Shown here piece by piece: positions 52,201-64,000 of a stretch of DNA of 64,000 nt. Every line of letters begins with the position of its first letter. Position 1 is the first letter of the stretch. Made by a program: the position numbers and the translations under genes. Source of the stretch: Octopus vulgaris (Eukaryota); contig OX597829.1 of assembly GCA_951406725.2 (NCBI GenBank), positions 53,072,001-53,136,000 of the forward strand, given 5' to 3'. Under the pieces are notes generated by a model, which saw only the letters and a program-made list of their open reading frames with translations, was not told the origin of the DNA and did not search any database.

Positions 52201-52490
52201 TAGTAATAATAACAATAATCTTTGGATGGAATTTATAAACAATTACTGCACTGCTACATGTGATTCCACAAATCACATGGCTCTTAAGATCACAGTCCGT
52301 ATTGCTGGGGTGATTAAAGAGTAGTCCCTAGTATCCATGAGCTACATGATACCCATGGATACAATGGATGACACTGTGATCATCCTAGGAATACAGTCTG
52401 TGATCTTAAGAGACATGTGATTTGTGGAAACACATGTAGCAATGCATTAAATGTTTATAAATTCTATCCAAGGATTGTTGTTATTATTAT
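52201..52490. repeat. Imperfect long inverted repeat (about 115-bp arms)
   Basis: aataataacaataatctttggatggaatttataaac...cttaagatcacag / ctgtgatcttaag...gtttataaattctatccaaggattgttgttattatt. Confidence 0.85.
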
Positions 52491-52636
52491 TATATTTATC
52501 CAACATTATATCAGTACAGCTCAAGGCAACCCCGAAAAATGGTTTACCCATCAACATCATTAGACTGTGGCTGGCATAAGGGAATAGGAGCTTTATTTGC
52601 ATATTCAAAACATTTCCCATGAACAAATTTACAAGA

Positions 52637-52798
52637 TATGGAGTGGCTGTGTAGTAAGTAGCTTGCTTACCAACCACATGACTCTCGGTTCAGTCCCACT
52701 GCATGGCACCTCGAGCAAGTGCCTTCAACTAAAGCCTCCAGCCTGCTAAAGCTTTGTGAGTGGATTTAGTAGACGGAAACTGAAAGAAGCCTGTCGTT

Positions 52799-52857
<59 letters not shown>

Positions 52858-53075
52858 ATGTGTGTATGTGTGAGTGTATGTGTATGTTTTTGTGTCAGCG
52901 TTTGTCCCCACTCCAACATCGCTTGACAACTGATACTGGTGTGTTTACATCACCGTAACTTAGTGGTTCAGCAAAAGAGACCAACAGAATAAATACCAGG
53001 CTTAAAAAAGAATAAGTCCTGGGGTCGATTTGCTCGACTAATGGCCGCAATCAAATGACTGAAACAAGTAAAAGA
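52637..53075 (+). mobile_element. SINE family A
   Basis: Matches 10146-10566 with a short deletion near the tail. Confidence 0.9.
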
Positions 53076-53105
53076 AAAAAAAAGAACAATACACACACAC
53101 ACATA

Positions 53106-53177
<72 letters not shown>

Positions 53178-53892
53178 TTCTTAAGTAACTAGAAGATGGA
53201 TTTGGTATTAATATTTTTGTACAACAGTCATTTAGACCCATCCTGCTACTGTCCCTTATGGGTGGGACTCCATTCAACATGTTGTATTGCATCCATTTTG
53301 CAGTGTGGGTCTCATCAAGTCAGTCCATACATAAAGTTGTGTCTCAATAAAGATCCTGAGTTTTGGCTGTCATGTTGTTAAATGCCCGTCTGGTTTTCTA
53401 CTAAGCACTTCAACTCACTAACCAACACATATCCATTAGTCCAAAATATTAAATATATATATATATACGCATATACAACAGGCTTCTCTCTGTTTACGTT
53501 TACTAAATGCAATCACAAGGCTTTGGTCACTCTGGGACTATACTGGAAGATGCTTGCCTAAGGTGCTGTGCAATGGGACAGAACCTGAAACCAAGTGGTT
53601 GAGGAATAAACTTCCTGCCAAACAGCCTTGCCAGTGCCAGTAAGTTTTAACAAATATTTTGGTTCTAACCTATTGCTATATTTGTAAAATTGTACGTTGA
53701 AAGAGAATGGTGGAATTATGAGAGCGTCAGACAAAATGATTAACAATATTTAACTGTGGTCCTAAGGTAGCAGAATTGATAGCATACCAGGCAAAATGCT
53801 TTTCCCTGTCTTTGTGTTCTTAGTTCAAATTCTACCAAGGGCAATTTGGTTTTTTTATCCTTTTGGGGGTTGATCAAATAAGTACCAACAGA

Positions 53893-54562
53893 CAGGGCTG
53901 GATTAAGACCCATAGAAGGCCCTAAGCACTTAAAAGCTTTTGGTGCCCTCAAGTATAAGTAGATTGTTCAAAATGTAAACAAAAATAATTCAAAATATAA
54001 ACAATAATAAACCATAAAATAAATTTTTATTTTTCAAAATGAAACAAAATTCGAAGCAAGATAGAAAATAATGTTTATTTTTATATGCTTCCATTTTATT
54101 TATATTTGAAAAGTTTTCTTCTTCGTTTTCTTTTCTTTTCTACTTACAAAGTCCTCGATGATATTGTTAAAACTTCTGCTTCTATACTTAGTAGAGATAA
54201 GGCATTATGAATTATATTTTAGCAAGTTTAACCCTTTAGTGTTTGCATTAATCTGCCAAATTTAATCCTTTTTTATCCTCATTGTTTTGAATTAATCAGG
54301 CATTATCTTGGAGCTATGAGATTTTGATGAGGTAGCTGTTAATTTTTAAAACGATATTGTAGGGCTGGTGTGAGAGACCAGATCTGGCCAGTTTGAACAT
54401 AAAACAGGTAGAATACTTTTGGCCGGATATTGCCGGTTTAAATGCTAAAGGATTAAAGTGATTTCTTTCGTGCCATAAACCATTTTCATTTCTGTGGTGC
54501 CCCCTCCTTCCTTTGAGGCCCCAAGTACATGCTTATTTTGCTTAATGGTTAATCCAGCGCTG
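53893..54562. mobile_element. hAT-type non-autonomous DNA transposon inserted in a family B SINE
   Basis: TIR cagggctggattaa / ttaatccagcgctg; 8-bp flanks ccaacaga and ccagcaaa (6/8 match). Confidence 0.82.
54232..54452 (-). mobile_element. TTAA-flanked MITE family P2 nested in the hAT element
   Basis: TTAA|CCCTTTAG...CTAAAGGA|TTAA; reverse complement of the 43755 element. Confidence 0.85.
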
Positions 54563-54890
54563 CCAGCAAAGCTTTGTGTCAATGTAATCAGCTTACCACT
54601 TCCCCTGAAATTGCTGGCCTTGCACCAGAATTTGAAACCATTATACAAATATGGTCCTTTACATCTTATGTTCAAATCTGACTGATGTCAACTTTGCCCT
54701 TCATCCTTCTGGGGTCAAGGGTATCTATATAAAGTACCTGGGATTCATTTCATTCTTCCTTTGATTTTTATGATAACAATTCCTCTGAGACTATCCTTAG
54801 TTCTTAATATGACCATCCCATTTGAATTGATAAAAACTAATATCTTCCATGAAAAGTTCACATTAATTTATATTTCAGACACTAGTTTAA

Positions 54891-55108
54891 CCCTTTCTGG
54901 TACCAACTTGCTTGAAACCGCTTCTGGGTCTGTAGTACGTCTTGTTTTCAAAAGTTTTGAATTAAAATCTGCCACCAAACCTCAGTCACAATTTATGTTC
55001 CTAATACTCGCTATATGATAACTAAGTTATTTTACTAAATTCTTTGTTATATTTAAAACAATTGAAAGAAACACAGAGCATCTCAACAGAAGTATGGTAA
55101 CAAAATGG
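54891..55108 (-). mobile_element. TTAA-flanked MITE family P1
   Basis: Reverse complement of 23120-23340; TTAA on both sides. Confidence 0.85.
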
Positions 55109-55381
55109 TTAATAATGATAAAATTATTTGCTGTTTTTTTCTATTATTGTTGTTGCTATTTTGCTTTTGTTTTGTAGGGTTTTTCTTTTGGTTTTTGTTT
55201 TGTTATTTTCAAAATTAACTGAATCAAAGGCAGTGTATGTCAAACAAAAATATGGTGATAAAAGGGTTAAGGTATTCTAGCGGTAAAATGAATTATGAAA
55301 AATAAAAATGACAAGATTTTTTTTTTATTTAGGTGAATGCTGCACAAATGTGTTTTTCTCTTTCTTTCTCCCTTTCCGACT

Positions 55382-55453
<72 letters not shown>

Positions 55454-55934
55454 ACTCCCTTTCCCACTTCCTGTCCCCTCCCCTCTGCTATTACCAATTT
55501 TGCTACCAAATCAGTTGAAGAGAAGAAAAAAAATATTCAACGACAAAGTCTTGGTACAAGATTTAGCAGCAGATACAGGATTTGAACTCACAATTATTCA
55601 GCTAAAAGGTCATCACAAAGCACTTACAACACAGAAAATATTATTCTGAGCAGACAAAGCAATCTGCTCAAAATATTATACTTCTCTTCTTCAAGTCAAA
55701 AATAATTTATTTCACTTCACAAACTTTTTGAGCATACAATTTGCAAACACAGACTTTCATTATTTTCCTTGTATTCTATCGTTTCACTCTGGAAGGTCAA
55801 TATTTTGTCCCCTAACTCACTGTAGTTCCCTATTAACTTAATGACAACTAATAAATGCTGTGCATCTTCAAGGGTCAGCCAAGCAGTTACATGCACAGAA
55901 CTTAATCGAAATGTTTTTGTTATGTTTTTTTCTC

Positions 55935-56345
55935 CTTTATCTTTTACATGTCTCAGTCATCAAACTGTGGCCATGCTGGGGCAGCATTGAATGAATTGAC
56001 ACCCACCCCAACTACCTCTTTTTTCTTTTTAAGCTAGGTAGTTATTTTATTAGTCTCTTATTGTCAAACTGCTAAATTACACGGATGTAAACACACCAAC
56101 ACTGGCACCCAGGCAGTGGTAGGGGACAATCACAAAAACAGATTCACACACAAGTGCACACACACACACACTCGAATATATAAGTAAAAAATGGATTTCT
56201 TTTATTTTAGTTTCTGTCTACAAAATCTACTGACAAGGCTTTGGTCAGCCCAAGGCTATAATAGAAGATGCTTACCTGAGGTACCATGCAGTGGGACTGA
56301 ACCTGGAACCATATGGTTGGGATCTAAGCTTCTTAGCACACAGAC
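55935..56345 (-). mobile_element. SINE family A, diverged
   Basis: cagtcatcaaactgtggccatgctggg...gtgggactgaacctggaaccatatggttgg. Confidence 0.8.
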
Positions 56346-56506
56346 TTAAAGTTATTATAGTTGATATAAACACAAGAATATATATGTTTGTATGTATGTT
56401 TGTATGTATGTATAGGGGGAGAATTAAAAAAACAAACAAAAGACAAAGACAGGTGGTGTAGACAACAAACAGCTGTATTAGTTTAACGCTCGGGAAGTCA
56501 AAAAGT

Positions 56507-56542
56507 CTTTAACGTTTCGAGCCTACGCTCTTCCACAGAAAG
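56507..56542 (-). ncRNA. Minimal type I hammerhead motif with A6U core variant
   Basis: RNA: CUUU-CUGUGGA-A-GAGC guag GCUC-GAAAC-GUU^AAAG; palindromic stem III AACGUU. Confidence 0.72.
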
Positions 56543-57040
56543 GGACACAGAAAGAAACAAGGAGAGAAAATAAAGAATGTGTAGTGGCTAGCGATCTATC
56601 ATGGCGAATGCCGGACAGAAGGGTCGGATTAGAGAAAACAGAGTAAGAACAACCAGAGTAGGTAGAAACGACAATAGGGAAAAGCAGAAAGTACAAAAAA
56701 AGTTTAGAAAGTATAAAGAAGTTAGGAAAAGTTCAAAAGGTTCAAAAGCTTCAGACGTCATGGGTGTATTGGAGTGATTTTTCATCAACACAGGAGTCCA
56801 GTGTAATCCATAGGCAGGTGAGGTGCAGCTGAAGTGTAGAAAGTCCAGTAGAAGTTCGTGGGTAATGAGAGAAGGTAAAATCCATAGAAGTTCGTGGGTG
56901 ATGAGAGGAGACAGGATCAACTGGTGCGACCACGTGAGTATGTAATATATGGGGAGAATTCACAAAAAAACAAAAGACGAAGACAGTTGGTGAAAGCAAC
57001 AAACAAATGTATTAGTATAATGCTCAGGAAGTGAAAAAGT

Positions 57041-57076
57041 GTTTAATATTTCGAGCCTACGCTCTTCCACAGAAAG
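57041..57076 (-). ncRNA. Second hammerhead motif of the tandem
   Basis: RNA: CUUU-CUGUGGA-A-GAGC guag GCUC-GAAAU-AUU^AAAC; stem III AAUAUU still palindromic. Confidence 0.68.
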
Positions 57077-57378
57077 AAACAAGGAGAGAAAATAAAGAAT
57101 GCGTAGTGGTTAGTGATCTATAGAAACAACAATAGGAAAAAGCAGAATGTACAAAAAAAAGTTTAGAAAGTATAAAAAAGTTATGAAAAGTTCCTCACCC
57201 TACATCATTAATTGGCTCCAGAAGGCACGACTTAAGTCAAAAAATGATTTAAGCCAAATTAACTTGTCTATAGGCTAAACTGATACAATTTTGCAGTGTT
57301 TACCATACATCATGGGCGCTTTATTCATAACATGGTAAAATAAGAGCTTTTTTAAAGCTTAAAAAACAAATTCAGTAA

Positions 57379-58444
57379 TCTGTATATATATAAGGCAAGA
57401 CATGTGTGTACGTGATTGTAGTTTATGCACATCCGCAAATTAGCACGCATGTCGCTCAAATTTTAGGAGGACATTCGTCAAAATCCTATCTAGGTTTTGT
57501 CATTTTATTTTTTTCCTGAGGCACCCACAGATAGTGTAAAAATCTATTTTCAGCCATAGCTTTTTAACGGCGTCTAACAAAAAAAAAACAAGATAAAGAA
57601 AAGTGGAAGAGAAGCAGAGTTTCACAGCATCTAAACAAAAAAAGGGAAAGACAAAGTGTGAGAGAGAGAGAGAGTAAGTGACGGCGTTCATAAAAAATAG
57701 AATGTAAAATGTTTTGTTTTTTCTTAAACACGAGATATAGTGTTCAAATTCAGGATGTTTTTGAAAGACAGTATATTTTATAATCAGATTATATATACTT
57801 TCTCACACAACAATTACAATATATTTATTTTAAATCATTTATTTATTTTAAATCGTTCATCTTTCTCCCCTCTCTCTCTCATACACATCACTTTGGATGC
57901 GAAAGAATTTTGTTTTTATTTTACGCCAAGTAAAAAAGTGTTTTGTTGAGAATCCATTTATTTAACAACAAATAAACAAAGAGGTGGGTAACAGTTTGTC
58001 AGTGAATTACACAATATAAATGGATACAATTTGCGAGGCTTCCACCACACCCCACTCCATTTCACGGACCATAGAAAGGGTTTTGTAGCATATTAGGAGG
58101 CCAGAGTAGTTGATTCCACGCAAAAAAAAACGATATTTTTTCTTAGTGAAAATCATGCGAGTGTTAATCTACAAATTTAACAACATTTTTTCCATTCATT
58201 TCTGTTTATGAACATGTATGCATGCACAAAACATGCAATAGGTGTACGTACGTACATGTGTATATGTGTGTTCGTGTCTGTTGCCCATATATATTTATAT
58301 TATATTATATATATAATATATATAATATATATATAATATAACCAATTTCAACGGATTTCACCCAAATTTGACGTCGATATTACTTAGTTTGCTTTGAAAT
58401 AAAGAACTTGATTAGCTTAATAATTGTAACTTAATCCTGGGCAA
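57379..58444 (+). mobile_element. Probable non-autonomous Helitron, 3' hairpin truncated
   Basis: A|TCtgtatatatataaggc start; ends ttaatcctgggcaa, resembling the first half of the cccg.gcaacgccggg hairpin of the 14728 element; no CTAG. Confidence 0.5.
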
Positions 58445-58499
58445 GTTATTATCATTTTGCAATAGTAAAAAAAGAATAAATTATTTTAACTAAGAAATT

Positions 58500-58857
58500 C
58501 CGCTGCTGTTCAGCTCTTTAGGGATAGTTCCCAATGCACCTATAGCTACTGGGATACATTTTACCCCCACTTTCCATAATCTTTGTAATTCAATGGCTAG
58601 GTGCTGGTAATTTGCTATTTTTTCTATACCTCTCATATTGATTTCTTCATCATTTGGGACTGTAAAGTCAATTATCTGGCTCTTTCTATTCTCTTTGTCT
58701 ACTTCTACTACACCAGGCCTTCTAACTTTTATTACCCTGTCAGTCTGAATGTTAAAGTCCCACATCTTATATTTATTACTTTCTAGTGCTTTGCTAGGTT
58801 CATGTTCATACCATTTATCAGTATGGTCAAATCCTAGCTTTCTACATAGTTCCCAGT
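58500..58857 (-). pseudogene. R4/Dong-like non-LTR retrotransposon restriction-like endonuclease fragment
   Basis: WELC...WYEHEP...WDFNIQTDR...RRP[G]VV...IIDFTVP.D...EKIANYQHLAIELQRLW...IPVAIGALG; catalytic PD reads PG. Confidence 0.88.
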
Positions 58858-58859
58858 TA

Positions 58860-59345
58860 TCATCATTGAGTGAGAGAGCAGTGCATGGCATCAAAGGGAC
58901 ACTGGGGTAAAATATACGAAGCCCAGTATACCCATCATGACTACCTGTCTGATAAGGGTACACCAGGCACGTGCATCACGACCATATGTGCATGACATAG
59001 TGATCTCATATCAAGATAAATAGCTCATGACCTTGCAGGTGGGGCTCAGTTAGAATTTTCTTCAGATTAAGTAGCCCGTCCCACTCAAGAGGTCCTTGAA
59101 TAAGGGTTGTTTAAGGATGTTGAACAAAAGGGGAATTATCCAAACCCCAAAGAATTCCTCTAAATACATGCTCCCCCACAACTTCTGCTCATGATCAGAG
59201 ATGCGCATATCATCAGCCAGTAAGGGACATGCTCAACTGGTTAAGGTCAAACAACTGACAAGCAGATCTATGGTATTGAACAGAATATTTACTATAACCC
59301 ATCTTTTATACCAAGACAAAACATTGTACATGATAACACTTCCAT
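58860..59345. mobile_element. Unclassified non-coding interspersed element bounded by (ATC)n
   Basis: Sharp switch from the endonuclease fragment to unrelated mixed-composition sequence ending in (ATC)n; single copy in this window. Confidence 0.4.
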
Positions 59346-60208
59346 TATTATCATCATCACCACCATCATCATCATCATCATCATTATCATTATTATCAAT
59401 ATGTATTTTAGAAATTACAATCTGAATTCCAAACCAAACTAAATAAATATAAGGAAATAAAATACAAACAAGGAAGAACAGCAAATAGGTTCTCATTCCA
59501 AAGATATTATTAATCCCAATAAATTCCAATTGTGCAATTACACCATTAGTCAGTAATCTATAAAAATATGAAATTAAAAATATAACCAATTCCATTTAAA
59601 TATGTTGAAGTCGGGGGTAGGTTGGGGGGCAGAGAGTGGAACAACAAAAAAATATGGTAAAGTTGCAGAGATTGAAGAATTGAGAAGTTTTGTTCTTGAA
59701 AGAGTGGGAATTAAACCATTAAAACAATATTTATAACATTAAAAAAAAAAAGTATGACTTTAAGGATATGGTTCCATTTGAATTTGAAAATTTCCTGAGC
59801 TTCTGTAATTTTACCCTTCCTCTCCTTCTCCTGTTTTCTCTCTCTCTCTCTCTTTCTCTTTCCCTCTGTCCTTCTCTCTCTCCCTCCCTCCCCTTCTCAC
59901 TCACTCAATCCTTTTATCCTTATAATTTTACCCTGACTTCTCTCTTATTCTTTCTTACTTTCCTTACCCATTCCCCTCATTATTGTCATTAATTACATTT
60001 CTCTCTCCCCCTTTCCCTCTCTCTCTCTCTCTTCCTCTCTACCCTTTCCCTCTCCCTCTCTCTTCCTCTCCCTTGTCCCCACGACCGCCTCTCCATTTCA
60101 TGCCCTTGATTTCTCAGTTTCCTATTTCTTCCTTCAATTTGCCTTATTGTTCTCCTCTACCAGCACCTTCCTCTCCTTCTGTCCTTTTCCTCTGTTTAGC
60201 TTCTCTCC

Positions 60209-60408
<200 letters not shown>

Positions 60409-60759
60409 CATACTCTTCACTTTGGCTCTTTCCCCTCCTTTCACCTTATTCCACCTCCACTTCTCAGCCATTTTTTTTCTTCCTTTTCATTCTCCCCCTC
60501 TTCTGATATAATACAACTTCCCCCTTCCTCTCCACTTTTTGTCACTCACTCTCCTGTTTTACTCTCATTTCTCTCCCTTTCTCTCTCTCTCTTTCTCTCT
60601 CCTCTCGATCTTATTGTTCTTTCAATCTTTCGGTCCTTCCCTCTCTATCAAATGTAGACTTACCACACATGTAAACAAGTATACCCTACACAAGCCTGCA
60701 GACACCGAAGTTTGTGCAAATATACACATACAAAATCCACCCCACTCACACACACACAC

Positions 60760-60819
<60 letters not shown>

Positions 60820-60988
60820 GCACAGACAATACAATCACTTCACCTTTGTTCATTATACTAAACACAGTGCTGAATTCATCCCACAGTTCTCAAAGACTCG
60901 TGCACAACATACATACAACATTCATGCCAACTCAAATATTGTCTCTTCTCATGCATGTTCAATGTGTGCGTGTGTGTGTGCGTGTGTA

Positions 60989-61202
60989 TGAGGGGGTGGT
61001 GAAAAGTTCCCGGCTCTGGGTAAAAGAAAATAGAGGAGGATCAGTTAATTATGATTTCATTCAACATCTTCCCCTTCTCAGAGTCACACACTTATTTGTA
61101 GCAGTCCTTCAGTTTTTCTAAGCCATGTGAAAAAGAACTCAGAAGGCTGGGCCAGGCCTTTTGCAATACTTTTAAAGTCAGAAAATTTTCAGCATACCCT
61201 GG
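60989..61202. mobile_element. Mariner-type MITE
   Basis: TA|tgagggggtggtgaaaagttcccggct...agtcagaaaattttcagcataccctgg|TA. Confidence 0.75.
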
Positions 61203-61224
61203 TATATATATACAAAAACGATGG

Positions 61225-61548
61225 TTCTTTTATTCTTTTGCTTGCTTCAGTCATAATGGAGCACTGCTTTTAGTCTAACAAATAAACCCCAGGTATTATT
61301 CTTTATAAGCCTAGTACTTATTCTATCGGTCTCTTTTGCCAAACTGCTGTTACAGGGACATAAATACACCAGCATCGGTTGTCAAGTGATGTTGGGGAAC
61401 AAACAAAGACTCACAAATAGACACATATATAGATAGATATATATACAACAGGTTTCTTTCAGTTTCCATCTACCAAATCCTGAGGTTGGACTGAACCTGG
61501 GACCATCTGGCTGGGAGTGAAGTTTCTTACCACACAACCACTCTTGCA
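61225..61548 (-). mobile_element. SINE family A with deletions
   Basis: Tail, body and head blocks of family A recognisable. Confidence 0.82.
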
Positions 61549-63455
<1,907 letters not shown>

Positions 63456-63886
63456 TAAGAAAAATAAGAAAATAGAGATAAATTAATTAAGGATTATTTT
63501 GTAGCTTTCATAAAAATCATAGTTGGTTAACCAAAATGTTCCATACACTTATCACATAAAAATATAAAAATGCAACGGTATATCTATTTTCTACCTTCAA
63601 CGAGATTCAATTTTGTAATGATTTAATTATTTTAATTAATTTTTAAAGTCTGAATTTAAAGTCTGAAACTTCAAAATCACTGTTCAAAACTATAAAAACT
63701 ATATGTTTTTAAAGTTATTTTGATATTTAACTCTGTATTTTAGAGGGACACAATATATTGTAAATGAGTGTTTCGTGAATACTTTGAAATGTAAACCTTG
63801 TACCTTTATTATCACATGATTTTCAAACACCTGATTTTTCCAAATTTCCCTGACAACACTTCAAATGTGATTTTATTTCCTTCCAG

Positions 63887-64000
63887 ATTGTTTCAGGAGA
63901 TATTCAATTCAATCATATTTTCTGTTATCCAGATTACATTTCCAGTATCCCTAAAGGTACAAAGTTTTCTGAAATTGAACAAGGGATGATGCTTATACTA
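63887..64000 (+). CDS. Candidate host exon running off the window end (product unknown)
   Basis: Acceptor ttttatttccttccag with upstream ctgac; frame open to the end: IVSGDIQFNHIFCYPDYISSIPKGTKFSEIEQGMMLIL; non-repetitive context. Confidence 0.3.
   Translation, partial: MVSGDIQFNHIFCYPDYISSIPKGTKFSEIEQGMMLIL

Larger units (their letters stand above)
56411..57193 (-). mobile_element. Tandem hammerhead-bearing repeat (retrozyme-like / Penelope pLTR-like): one full unit plus a partial unit
   Basis: Unit restarts at about 56947 (tat.ggggagaatt...aaaagac.aagacag.tggtg); one HHR motif per unit; second unit has internal deletions. Confidence 0.85.

Noticed and set aside
55637-55677. Hairpin tgagcaga...tctgctca as a pre-miRNA
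   Set aside because: Stem too short and AT-rich; no other support.

Overview
Eukaryotic, AT-rich non-coding DNA (intronic or intergenic) saturated with microsatellites and repeats. The repeat families (tRNA-derived CORE-type and Nin/Deu-type SINEs, RTE LINEs with (GAT)n tails, a DD37D Tc1/mariner) point to an octopus genome; this is an inference, not a database match. No host gene is recognisable. Nearly all ORF-track entries are translated microsatellites. Real protein-coding remnants are all transposon-derived: a 1.75-kb uninterrupted RTE reverse-transcriptase segment containing a PHD-type finger, BovB-like RTE ends, an R4-like endonuclease and a DD37D transposase. One candidate host exon lies at the right edge. 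The main unexplained signal is a cluster of minimal type I hammerhead ribozyme (HHR) motifs from at least five unrelated short element families, mostly with palindromic stem III (the dimer-forming type known from Penelope-like elements). They occur as (i) a 534-nt tandem retrozyme-like unit with a non-canonical CUGUGGA core, (ii) a tRNA-headed SINE-like element carrying an HHR and inserted as an inverted duplication with a 12-bp target-site duplication (TSD), and (iii) fold-back insertions, mostly in or next to (TA)n tracts. Folds were read by eye and none has been tested.
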